This document shows, one piece after another, positions 58,001 to 64,000 of a stretch of DNA of 64,000 bases. The notes under the pieces are model-generated. The model had not been told where the DNA came from, did not search any database, and worked only from the letters and a program-made list of their open reading frames with translations. Each line of letters begins with the position of its first letter. Positions within the stretch are counted from its first letter, which is position 1. Made by a program: the position numbers and the translations under genes. Origin of the DNA: Flavobacteriales bacterium (GTDB taxonomy: Bacteria; Bacteroidota; Bacteroidia; Flavobacteriales; Weeksellaceae); assembly GCA_900770875.1 (NCBI GenBank), contig CAAGLV010000077.1, positions 1,135 through 65,134 of the forward strand, given 5' to 3'.

Positions 58001-58238
58001 AAGCTTGATCCATTTGCTCATTCATATAGTCTTGGTTATTGACATTTGAAGTAAGACCTAAATCTCCGTTAAAACCTTTTAAGTCTTTTTTGTTTTCTTT
58101 CTCTTTAATTAATCTATTTTGCTTTTCGTTTAAAGCTTTGATTTGAGAAAGAGCATCGCTCGTTGGATCGATTGTATTGCTTTGAGCAGCCTTTCTTTCC
58201 ATTTGGCGACGTTTAATTATATCTCTGATATCTTCCAT
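46029..58238 (-). CDS. Giant virion-packaged two-barrel RNA polymerase polyprotein (crAss/phi14:2 gp66-like) with zincin-like motif
   Basis: TRVPSHGPQS followed by GGDYDGDQVF catalytic motif (50469-50483); HEVAH at 54678-54692; N-terminal EGVEESFQ-type ejection-protein region. Confidence 0.88.
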   Translation of the reverse strand: MEDIRDIIKRRQMERKAAQSNTIDPTSDALSQIKALNEKQNRLIKEKENKKDLKGFNGDLGLTSNVNNQDYMNEQMDQAYSEKYAKNQDFNAYEPQEIEGSQDLDWLHENWASKIGKSLINGTGDVVKSMGDALQYASSLGFLNGNEGWSENPLQMIGDLLHEKGAMDTRESLDLSKQNDLIDLISNPDFWLTEAPKMIPQLIDTIAIGHGVGGLASKVGQKAASKLLLKEVAQEGGELAAKNAARYTSRAKGLLGEVKGTTQGVYQGAKRGANEVAGSGSGVMSRVFTDTGKYTKTFGEISNGVAGGAAMNVKLGMQNGTEVYNTYANLTDPKTGEVLFTPQEAGEMARNTLLNQMAYMGADIASFMLVYGKNNALKAGLENSSIEPIKKISKLFSNSQKYLPGRLAKLSGQATLEGVEESFQESWEDWAKLKAFYEKTGSFEHYQGTLPKSMKESGKLGSFMDYYISDENKTTRNLSGILGALMGGTFNINEVINKNADQAYNMYNRAENLSRSSIKGTEDDAAKIHHINSTMSEMIMQNKEDLFVPFINHLAEKGVITEEDLSYFQGNFDKLAQKANEVRGIESLNGKVAFMDNFAEEIAANDQINTLHQKMLDAIAFHQKNIKNPSDLKNAIANEKKNFKDSAELLAKKIIVSQNNQQQLLAGKPAIMIDNYLDPDMAKEGVNPKIKRKDMNQGQIVTANMRNQLRRQANAMVNQMVDGDQSTNENSENKSTLDTVVDGAKSLYSKATEIAAKVLNTTAEKLEKAKNNAKERKYDESNLEQVTPQAYEQFQKDGTVSSGILNEIARKKIDNEVLTQEEEEIFNKKKDVINSKVNHATNGITAKQYENADEQSKARVDLVRRLKASGNDFDILTDNDFDLLEDEDAFEQSAIELGMIESAVDAIKENQALNPKEVEAVAKYPEVFQEIASENNLANPTESLEKAVVDSDSLSAEEKAYFDRSAKRRAKASKESKIEERRRKLDEFNERRRIKKDEESKSIDEFEAVDTENELDENQEEVTQNEEEKSQEQKIEEEKSQEQKIEEALQEEAKGTATEATKKFLKDNLDKLKEKYPKLYNKLKRESIKEATQKLYEAAKTRSNKIINRGVDINHHLYPPSRLSQVRAVERRLEVMYPNANILVSTIDGMYKTMGIPATALAVNGMIFVDTETWDNNNKDFFHEVAHIHFNLSRNTRATKALIKELLKNKELIKFVKENYQDQVLYRINKTFKGRKFPGVDFKTETYQNLVDRIHKELGFKLSDAELKQELDKLITDGIIEEMPMDQQEILIDELFAINMEHQFDLQYKNKFFEEYTDEEKAAMNSDEPKDKRSALRRFIERKTGVDYLRRVGNALKNWIKTIKGQAEDMMKEEDPTTSILERYVDGLTDSNQRKLFNKKEKVIQAFLKGSNSKNYTNPSIRYKRLTEAEIAQQNHEKLIGEQIRIQNETQIDRRINSAKTKKVVSQDNQEEEQLENNLEEGRNENLFDKDRTLYLNKTSALIKSFSKVYNKSLRSRYLNQRKSGDKWEIPTFNGDALMVDLHDLAASAKSANEFISLIENSEFEEMFEFNDFLDTTRANDKYTYLNSFWMLAKDMKNVDSVQTYINKDGKVDVQSSLSMREKFLDERNFQNVIAAVSAFRKFTGNSMDNYKVSNENLIQFHVGQYDKFAQAVRNIQSDNFTDSDLLAITSFLGGNKNLLVDNKIVIDGKNRALDSVLVKYALDYDLSQNNIFKPVVGLDNKPVLKNGKVKTEVDPILRKIIRGLVVTDRKNKADFTVLNAEGNQVPSRQIQNALMRKLDEMNQDARSMKVQGFIRKYSRQRGEGLMSNKFLESFYERANSGQDVKIAQFLGVKNDKDGNYSDFSKNSANDNSINEFLMFLQTGNRTSTYMMDTGRYSDSPVSYLMEVPKLKTQDYFSLKNGKIVFSGEQSKYFIHTVNAYNSFQTKENQLTPMELKKALEKDIADELDFMNSNINAFVDMATMQPFLNEDKTALNLKGEEIVNQYVFNHFMNQTQFNQVMLPDVSGADLGKRAKALRSPGFNFKNTKFETLWFKDDQEEGLSDSMDDSGMYILEEDAQRIQDAFGNLMNLGLGYKLLHAGMEQQNPLFKGKNFYDKGYTTILSEEVVKRNPRLRGLYEAMLKRREQYISKVGKEAYEQSLTSSNQSHLVIAVPMSSVKVKNAAKQTVLPKSFTEDSSKFTLDDYLENGSNNDSHIHQLFNEAYYSGNQFVGLDGSNLIIQNSLDKVRNQINMPVQLSKFITTNGSLNGNLKALEEIQNDIVALQNEQLMDSVDVLQNGTLEEIQAHFKDSIDEDFVDTLQMDLLNQGLSLNTPAVRLLAVNTFMNRIRQSGNKLKTPGTIAQQKPAKHIKRATDLEGNDIEVFTNVSADTIKYANYLEMDKSNLSQSEIDAYEALSKRADMSEIDRINKYKGDNLKFYSVNEDGTTRPGEAVVPKYMANKVKARKYHIFDNSDKTKLSYYAAPEFGYGHPEQAQKYAQSLMKYAKEEGRIDKKMSVEEYMDNYKVLNKKGFVIGFYVPGDLISATRVPSHGPQSTGIFEVIDFDTTNGSQTQLPSEFALNTTGGDYDGDQVFIQHKQEGSKFNKIFDKIVKQWMSADMRDEITKRIDFEDETKAALTDIENQLGSTKDKSLIGSPKSRRQAFNDTIVSKNNVGSAANYHSFLSMLASYNTSIAKKIIIDGRIVDTFTDYSNAQRSRTIDSAKIFNIILDNAKYQYADRLGINEQTVGDSLILTNLGFDLKTVGLILNSNKYKEYVSKVASKRNMFTPAEANMELDSEADININTADINSKKNDSSIEALISLMSKVKSDMSDLSKIMGGHNRIETDPFVLTEQIEKIETLLNNDKQNQVLNISSDIKNNPLVQNYIEVAKTALSVREKFDPVSRKDYKDIFGKITSSSTKMIGENQKKQIHADMERVALSRLLGFNNISQEYKESLTDPNNPNNLYNRISKIITEKRNIILSGNNIHNTVTAYDASLLFSQALSVVTEGNNKFISLRSSYYNENTTEQEKELVRAEFNALDNQLKKDLMLYDMMVNGWEGRKSLFHIMDDNFKKEISRLSDLDVKNKDNQSISPRVKRDMEISLAEKNQSFYDSIVFNPFPKNKEGRPMLNSIFLKAKEGEVANKIWRKMKNGEAVTFFYYDKDSKKKFFVKFKGFNGEQISKFREKKISNNDDRFFYIVSEMAKDMFKKGNSNFIIEEIRDAYKGDIGYEKLTSIKDSDIKNNDPLEKTKKLNNPASYNQWIEHTKSGSSNFRFKKDFFLFENKMNRQQFDGAMEYPSFVSEADRSSAYNYYLREKKLADEDYKTINENTIKDMSTERILNLYNNYANKDQYAYANILTPLAKEVAKRIGDEQTEKYTQTKSDGRDISVVQKYFMSDNIPSNHPMVQGIVRHMENAYKTFSKEQNLYQNKLQDATNALYKEQLGYAIKDGTIIDKIKALIDYLFKNKEEFYTKLYGPLITYDNVQKTDPKGKSYEMKVLRYKDESQIIKEHLEGNVSDAQLAFYKATREIFNDLVKHQNLKKGEGSGFIPHVSPGQMEAFSRRGLLGLMNVSKPIESGLGDVKINFVDPNTGEEIMNASMRDVEFFFSNDIIAKGNKTSNAQQLFKLRKKALKLLKQGINEDGTRIETSDITAGTVIGENFSDRFFNSGSKQSNNFVTLDLNKAFGDYIHSTLFINGNDNFSGMKSMLPMIDGALALLDTKGQSNMKEYVQSIWKDNFLKGVKKNNTWTPDALKAIGISSDKVIDFITRGSLVYWLGYKGLALSSGLYAIGNVLNGKFNNIANAGGKDWVKGEKRFWLGKSGKFSLKDPLKGVREANQILKEIGFMDINIYEDVSITRKNSLENFFMNIALTPMTYSERWIQGVHFLGMLSDDQWNKILANGKDGLSVEELNMLEDKVKLSHGKGYQATDQRMIQMYSWGRMMLQFSRHIPTVIYNNFGAKDKNIYGQDHIGAYRQVYNVIQQAVIGKMKPADFKKYVNSLEGEEKRKFYSGLMGFGMLATAGALATAGADNKYVNDLASDTNIFFDVDRLGYKLTTPPALGMISKL
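55101..55160 (-). repeat. 30-bp perfect tandem duplication (EEKSQEQKIE x2) in the RNAP linker
   Basis: TTCAATCTTCTGTTCTTGACTTTTTTCCTC twice. Confidence 0.9.
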
Positions 58239-60235
58239 TATTTATTCGATAAGAATTTAGAATTATTAATCCAATTTTGGTAAAACGTTTTATTATAAGA
58301 GTTCGGATCTTTAGAAGCTATATGCTGAATAATAGTCTGGTCCGAAGCTCCTTGTTTCATCAAATCTAATACCTTTTGGTCAATATATTTATTGATCTGT
58401 CCTGAGTCAACCCAGTTAGCAAATTGATTTGGATCACCCTCCATTCCGGTTAACGCAACATAGAATGACATAAATAAATTTGTTCTGTTCTTAGCACCGA
58501 CACTATTAATTTGAGCCTGCTTATGAACTTTATGCATAGCGTTCGGATCGTTTGTTACTTGCTCTAAGAATAGTTTATTAGAAGATGCTGATTGGCGTTT
58601 AGTTTCCTTAATCTGTTCATTTTTAGTATAAATGTTTTGAGACATTTTTCTTTGAGAAGTTAAAACATCTGCTGGAGCATTTTTAGAATAAGCAGTTTGA
58701 ATAGGAACAGATGATGTATCAAAAGGAACATATACTAATTCATTATTAGACGGATCGCGTAAAGCGATAACGTTAGATAATTTTACGTTTTTATTTTTAG
58801 TATTAGCTACTAATTTCTTTCCGTATTCTTTATCTAAACCTCCGAAAGTTCCATATCTATCCATCATAATAACATCTTTACCGCTACCATCTTTTATCAC
58901 ACCTACAGATACAACACCTTCTACTTTAAAATCTCTAGGTTTATTAACTCCAGATCTAAACCAAGCTGCATTATCAGAAAACTTAGTTCCGTCAGCAGAG
59001 AACCAGTTTTGGTCTTTTAGGATTAAATTTCTAACCATTCCTCTATCAACGATATCAGCACCTAAAACAGCTTTAGCTGCTGCTTCTCCATTAATAGAAG
59101 TTATTTTCATCCCGTTTTTAGGAGAATAAGAGTTTGATAAACCTCTTGCTACAATAGAGTTTTGTAAAGCACCTCCATAACCTTTTAACTTAAATGGAGT
59201 ATATCCCATTTCAGAAGATTCTTTTGATAACGTAGCTATTTTCTTTTGCCAAAAATCTGGTCTAGAGAAACCGTCTGTAGTTACAGATTTACCATCTAAA
59301 GTATTTGTTACAAAGTTTACGTTAGCAATTTGAGATTCTTCTTCAAAACTTCCGGCAACAGCAGTACCCGCAGCAGTACTACCATCACCACCAGAAGCTA
59401 AAGACATTTTTTGATTATACTCTAAAAGCCACTTCTGTTTATCCCATTCAGATTCAGCTAATTTATCTTTACGATTTAAATCATATTGCCTAACGTTTTC
59501 ATCGAATTGAGCTTGAGCTAAACCTCTTTGATAATTAGAACCTCTTTGTTTATATTGAGAACGTACATATTCAATCAAATCTCTTTCGTCCGGAGCTCCT
59601 AAATTTGGAAAAGACTTTCGGTAATTACCAACAATTTTAAGGTAATTATCTTTATGCTTTAAGATATTAATTGCTGGTACATCAGTATCCCAATCGTACT
59701 CATTTGACGGTGGAATGTCAATCTCTTGCATTTGACCCGTATAAGTAATCTTACCACCTCCGTTAGTTCTGTACTTATCTAAATTAGCTCTATCAACAGC
59801 GTTTATTAAATGGCTCTTACCTGTTTTTTCTAATTCTAAAATAGTAGCCATGTTTTTAGAATTATCTTGATAATTAGCCATATCCTCAGAACTAAGAATA
59901 GAGGACTTGTAGTCCTCTATTAAAGCTCTACCACCAGAAGCAAGAAAATTAGTGTACTTTCCTCCCGAAGCTTGTAGCTGTGTTGCTATTGACCTGAATT
60001 GAGCACGAGCTCTATTTCTAATGGCTATTTTATCAGGAGTAAGCAACATATCAGTTTCTTTTCTAATTTGCTCTTGCATTTGAGCAATCCTTGCTTGAGC
60101 ATCCTCTTGTTTAGCTCTGTCATTATCTATCGTTGTTTTTAACGATTGTAAGACATTCAAATTGTCTTTGGCTTGTTCCATAGAATTGTTTGAATGAAAC
60201 AATCCTGAATAACCTTGATTAGAACCTCCTGGCAT
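58238..60235 (-). CDS. Virion ejection/cargo protein, putative
   Basis: 665 aa with coiled-coil N-terminus, coupled to the RNAP gene. Confidence 0.6.
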   Translation of the reverse strand: MPGGSNQGYSGLFHSNNSMEQAKDNLNVLQSLKTTIDNDRAKQEDAQARIAQMQEQIRKETDMLLTPDKIAIRNRARAQFRSIATQLQASGGKYTNFLASGGRALIEDYKSSILSSEDMANYQDNSKNMATILELEKTGKSHLINAVDRANLDKYRTNGGGKITYTGQMQEIDIPPSNEYDWDTDVPAINILKHKDNYLKIVGNYRKSFPNLGAPDERDLIEYVRSQYKQRGSNYQRGLAQAQFDENVRQYDLNRKDKLAESEWDKQKWLLEYNQKMSLASGGDGSTAAGTAVAGSFEEESQIANVNFVTNTLDGKSVTTDGFSRPDFWQKKIATLSKESSEMGYTPFKLKGYGGALQNSIVARGLSNSYSPKNGMKITSINGEAAAKAVLGADIVDRGMVRNLILKDQNWFSADGTKFSDNAAWFRSGVNKPRDFKVEGVVSVGVIKDGSGKDVIMMDRYGTFGGLDKEYGKKLVANTKNKNVKLSNVIALRDPSNNELVYVPFDTSSVPIQTAYSKNAPADVLTSQRKMSQNIYTKNEQIKETKRQSASSNKLFLEQVTNDPNAMHKVHKQAQINSVGAKNRTNLFMSFYVALTGMEGDPNQFANWVDSGQINKYIDQKVLDLMKQGASDQTIIQHIASKDPNSYNKTFYQNWINNSKFLSNK

Positions 60236-62931
60236 TATATTTTAGTATTTTGATTATCAATTAAACTAAGAACATTTTGAAAAATGTTATTTTGTATATT
60301 ATCTGCTAAATTAAAAGAAGATTGATTATTTTGAGATTCATCAGCTTTTGGTTGTTCTGTAACAGGAGAAGCTAACTCTAAAGCTTTTTGAGGGTCCATA
60401 ATACTATTATCTATCTTATTTTGATTCAAAATATTATTAGTAAAGAATTCATTAGGATTTTTACTAACCTTATCTAAATCAACTTTATCTCTATTTTGAA
60501 TTAAATAATCTATATAAGCATTACCATCTTGAGCAGTATAATTAGGGTTAGCTTTTAACCAACTCGTTACAGCTAATTTCTCATTATCATTAAGAGAAGA
60601 TGTAGCTTTTGTTTTAAAAGCGTTCATAGCTGCATTATTTTTTTCAAGCTCATTTCTTTGGGCAACCATATAAGAATAAGTGCCTTTTTCTCTACCGGTT
60701 CCATCATCTTTTAATAAGGGATTATAACCTAACATATCATTAAGCATGTAAGATTCTGCTATATGATAAGCTGAACCAGGTTTCTTATTTTCATAATCAT
60801 TTATTGATTTAGAAAAAGCAGACCAAGCAGCTTGAGTTAAATCTCCTCCGTTACGGCGTTTTTCTTGAGCGATTAAATACTCTCTTTCGTTGTTAGTACG
60901 TTCAACATCGTTATCATGCTCAGAAATGTATTTCATAGCTTCTCCGTAAGCTTGCAATCCCTCCATTTTCATTTTAGAGTCTGCGATTTGAATTTCACCT
61001 AAAGACATATTCTTTTGAGCGTCTAATCGACCTAAATTACCAAGAACAGTATTTCTATGTCCTCCTGAAGCTTTTACAATTTGAGCGATACCACTTGAGT
61101 AAGCTTCTGTTATTTTATTATAAGCTGCTGCTTCATCTTCTATTGATAAACCTCGTTTTGCTATTTCAGCCATTTGAGAAGCGTAAGATTCAAATGCACC
61201 ACTTACTCTATCATTTCTAAGAGGATTGTTTTCGTCTTGCATAGATAAACCAGTAACTATACCTCCAAATGAATTAGCTAAATCAGTAATAGGAAGATTA
61301 TCTTTATAATCGCCTTTATCGTACTTAAAACTATTATCAGCGATTAATTCAGATGTAGTCATTTCATCGTTAAAATAACTTAAATCATTATCCCTTTTCT
61401 CTTGAACTTCTTTTTCTGCAGTAGCTTTTTTCTCTTTCTCAAGATGTTCAATCCATTTATCCGGAGTATTTTCACTTGGTCCAGAAGATGATGAAGAATC
61501 AAATTTATTGATATCATAAGGATTAACAACATCGCCACTTAAATCAGATTCATCATAATTATTAGAGAAAAGACTAGTATCAATTCCTTTAATTCCATTT
61601 GTAATAGTACTAGCATCGTAAGCAACCTTTTTTAATTTATTAGTTAAAGAAAAAGATTCCGGGGTTGGCTTATAAGCATGATCAGAAAAAGCGTTAAACT
61701 TTACTGAATGATCCAATCCTATTGCTTCACTCAAATAAACATTTCCTTTTTTATCTACTTGAAAAAAATTAATTCCTTGACCGTTAAAAAACTCTTTTTG
61801 AGTTCTATTTAAGAAAGAGTTTAATTTGCTAAAATCTTTTACATAAACCTTACCTTCATCTTTAGTACTGTTAAATAATTCAGGGTGCTCTTTAATTAAG
61901 TTCTTTTCAGCTTGAGTTAAATCTTTAGCATTGATTTTAACTCCGTTTATTTTCTCTTTGATATTGCCATCATCAGTTTTCGTTCTTTGAGCTTTATATT
62001 GAGCTTTATTAAGAATATTCGTGATAAGGTTATAAGCTTCTGCTCTTTTATATTTAGAGTTTTTTAAATCTTGAGTTTCTTTAGAAATACTTTGATTGAT
62101 AAAATCAGTATAACCCATTTTATCATATTTATGCATTACACCGATAGCAAGCTCATTAAGCTGTTCATTACTCCAACCTTCTGACTTAGCTTGAATTTCT
62201 AAATCAGTCATTTCTTTCTTATAATCATTATAAGCTTTAAGACCACCATTAACATTAAATTTAATACTAGAGGGATCTACTATTTTTGTTGATTTAGGAT
62301 TAGACAAATAACCTAAGATAGCTTCTGTTCTTTGAGTTTTATTTCCTAAATAATTTCCTTTAGCATCTTTAGGCATGCCTAAAGCAGAATATACACCTTG
62401 ATTGAAATTCTTTAAATATAAATTACCATTTGTTCCATCTTTAGATTTATAATTTACAATACCAGCTTTTAAATTTGCTTTAGCTGTGCCAGAACCTTGA
62501 TGATGAATAATAGCATAAATCTCATCCATTCTAAGATTATTATTTCGACCATATTGTTTATATAAATCTAAAGTTTCTCTATAAGAACGATCTAAATGGA
62601 AATCCATAAAAGATTCTTGCAAAGCTGGGCTATTCAAGAAAGCTTGTTGAGGATTTTTCTTCCATGCATCAGATTCTACTAAAGTTTTAAATCTTGCATC
62701 TTTAGCAGCAAAAGCTTTAATATCTTTATTCCATTCAGACCAAAGGAATTGATACTTACCTGTTGCAGAAGAAATCTTACTTTTCTCATTGTATCTATTT
62801 CTTGATTCTACATAACCAAGACCTTTTTTAACTAAATACTTGAAATCAGATTTAGACAAAACACCTTTATTCGCTCCTGAATTAGATGATGTTTTTCTTA
62901 TCGTAGAATTATCATATTGTTTCTTTGCCAT
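60235..62931 (-). CDS. Virion ejection protein with N-terminal lysozyme-like (transglycosylase) domain
   Basis: VESRNRY...SSATGKYQF...W...FLNSPALQE...HHQG motif set. Confidence 0.75.
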   Translation of the reverse strand: MAKKQYDNSTIRKTSSNSGANKGVLSKSDFKYLVKKGLGYVESRNRYNEKSKISSATGKYQFLWSEWNKDIKAFAAKDARFKTLVESDAWKKNPQQAFLNSPALQESFMDFHLDRSYRETLDLYKQYGRNNNLRMDEIYAIIHHQGSGTAKANLKAGIVNYKSKDGTNGNLYLKNFNQGVYSALGMPKDAKGNYLGNKTQRTEAILGYLSNPKSTKIVDPSSIKFNVNGGLKAYNDYKKEMTDLEIQAKSEGWSNEQLNELAIGVMHKYDKMGYTDFINQSISKETQDLKNSKYKRAEAYNLITNILNKAQYKAQRTKTDDGNIKEKINGVKINAKDLTQAEKNLIKEHPELFNSTKDEGKVYVKDFSKLNSFLNRTQKEFFNGQGINFFQVDKKGNVYLSEAIGLDHSVKFNAFSDHAYKPTPESFSLTNKLKKVAYDASTITNGIKGIDTSLFSNNYDESDLSGDVVNPYDINKFDSSSSSGPSENTPDKWIEHLEKEKKATAEKEVQEKRDNDLSYFNDEMTTSELIADNSFKYDKGDYKDNLPITDLANSFGGIVTGLSMQDENNPLRNDRVSGAFESYASQMAEIAKRGLSIEDEAAAYNKITEAYSSGIAQIVKASGGHRNTVLGNLGRLDAQKNMSLGEIQIADSKMKMEGLQAYGEAMKYISEHDNDVERTNNEREYLIAQEKRRNGGDLTQAAWSAFSKSINDYENKKPGSAYHIAESYMLNDMLGYNPLLKDDGTGREKGTYSYMVAQRNELEKNNAAMNAFKTKATSSLNDNEKLAVTSWLKANPNYTAQDGNAYIDYLIQNRDKVDLDKVSKNPNEFFTNNILNQNKIDNSIMDPQKALELASPVTEQPKADESQNNQSSFNLADNIQNNIFQNVLSLIDNQNTKI

Positions 62932-63707
62932 TATAAGTAGTTTAATTTTGATTTATTCATTGATGTAAGTAAGGCAATATCTTTTTCAGCTTGCTTAATT
63001 TCGTATTCAGTGCGTCTTTCTTTTTCAGCTTGTTCAGCTAATTGATCGTTTTTCTTATCAATAGCTTTACCTCGTTTTTCTTTATCAGCACCTTTATTAA
63101 TTAATCCGGCGCCAAAACCAACAACAGCTCCGACACCCATTCCAATAGGACCACCTATTTGACCTCCAAATTTAGCGGCTGACGCTGTTAATTGAGCTGT
63201 CTTAGCCCAAGACTCTGCCTCACTTCCGTCAGTTCCTTGTAGAGCAGAAAAAGCGTTATTACCAAATTGCAATGATCCTGAAGCAATACCACTCCAATCT
63301 GTTCCTTCGGATTGAACGGGAACTCTATCTAAAGCTTCTTGAGATGCATTTTGTAGATTATTTGTATAGCTTGTTCCAGGTAATATTTTTGAATTAAAAT
63401 TAGCTACATAATCTTGAGCAGTTTTATTTACATCGATTAATCCTTGAGCAGCTTCATTATTATTAATAATACGACTATTAGCGCCATGAGGAGCTAATGA
63501 TTGTGGAGAAGATAAACCTTCTTTATAAAATGAATCGTTTACATTTATCCCGTCTGTAGGATTAGAACTTAAAAAAGGATCATTCGACTGAATACCATTT
63601 CCTATATATTGTGGGTTAGCGTAGTATTCTTCCCATAGTTTTTTATTACGCTCAATAGTACCTAACGAAGTTTTTATTTCGTTTAAATCTATATTGAATT
63701 TAGCCAT
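62931..63707 (-). CDS. Virion ejection protein with Gly-rich membrane segment
   Basis: AAKFGGQIGGPIGMGVGAVVGFGAGL followed by a charged coiled coil. Confidence 0.65.
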   Translation of the reverse strand: MAKFNIDLNEIKTSLGTIERNKKLWEEYYANPQYIGNGIQSNDPFLSSNPTDGINVNDSFYKEGLSSPQSLAPHGANSRIINNNEAAQGLIDVNKTAQDYVANFNSKILPGTSYTNNLQNASQEALDRVPVQSEGTDWSGIASGSLQFGNNAFSALQGTDGSEAESWAKTAQLTASAAKFGGQIGGPIGMGVGAVVGFGAGLINKGADKEKRGKAIDKKNDQLAEQAEKERRTEYEIKQAEKDIALLTSMNKSKLNYL

Positions 63708-63708
63708 A

Positions 63709-64000
63709 TTATTGATATGAATTTCTTACAAAATTAGTTATTGAATAGATAGAAACTTTACTATCATTTTTAGATTCTACTTCTAAATCGTATTCTAACC
63801 AAACACCTCTTGTATCTGATCGTTCTGTTCTATTCTTTAAAGGGAAAGAATGAACACCCTCTTGTATCTTGTATCTATGATGAGTTCCGTTAATGGTTTT
63901 AGTACCACTAAAATCTGTATTTAAATTTACGGATTTAATAGGGTAATTTACATTAGTGATAATCTTAGAATCTGGGAAAATAAGAGTTGTAATACCATCG
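63709..64000 (-). CDS. C-terminus of tail stabilisation protein (crAss Tstab, P22 gp10-like), partial
   Basis: Open frame entering from the right edge: ...HHRYKIQEGVHSFPLKNRTERSDTRGVWLEYDLEVESKNDSKVSIYSITNFVRNSYQ*; position just upstream of the ejection genes. Confidence 0.6.
   Translation of the reverse strand, partial: DGITTLIFPDSKIITNVNYPIKSVNLNTDFSGTKTINGTHHRYKIQEGVHSFPLKNRTERSDTRGVWLEYDLEVESKNDSKVSIYSITNFVRNSYQ

Larger units (their letters stand above)
1..64000. mobile_element. crAss-like bacteriophage genome segment (Crassvirales-type)
   Basis: Gene order terminase-portal-acidic protein-MCP-three conserved genes-IHF-like-tail tube, plus a giant virion RNA polymerase preceded by ejection proteins. 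No host housekeeping genes and no integrase in the window. Confidence 0.9.

Noticed and set aside
1..64000. Stop-codon reassignment (TAG=Gln or TGA=Trp) known in some crAss-like phages
   Set aside because: Structural, RNAP and replication genes are full length in the standard code, TAG/TGA end genes at coupled junctions, and no suppressor tRNA is present

Overview
AT-rich (visibly about 70% A+T) segment of a crAss-like phage (Crassvirales-type podovirus), most likely infecting a Bacteroidota/Flavobacteriia host. Host evidence: TAnnTTTG/TTTG promoters, A-rich Shine-Dalgarno-less starts and a signal peptide cleaved before Gln. The standard genetic code fits all long ORFs. Layout: (i) 1-17152, minus strand: DHH phosphoesterase, KTSC protein, terminase, portal, scaffold-like protein, major capsid, conserved crAss head-tail genes and a collagen-like tail fibre running off the left edge. 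(ii) 17150-20050: a control region with a tandem array of short promoter-RNA-terminator units (one carries a tRNA-like RNA lacking an anticodon loop), a repeated palindromic operator, a GC-rich hairpin, a type II hammerhead ribozyme and a RepL-like gene. (iii) 20052-45595, plus strand: early/replication genes, including a PRTRC ubiquitin-like conjugation cassette (Ub, E2, E1), a Strawberry-notch helicase-adenine MTase fusion, DnaB, HU, a Q-rich SSB-like protein, a Dda-like helicase split by a group I intron, a 5'-3' exonuclease, dUTPase and a DEDDh nuclease; no recognisable DNA polymerase or primase. (iv) 45765-64000, minus strand: a 4069-aa virion RNA polymerase, other ejection proteins and the end of a tail stabilisation gene. 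The most novel-looking elements are the small-RNA array with its anticodon-less tRNA mimic and the phage-borne ubiquitin-like cassette. All functional calls come from motif recognition by eye; no searches were run.
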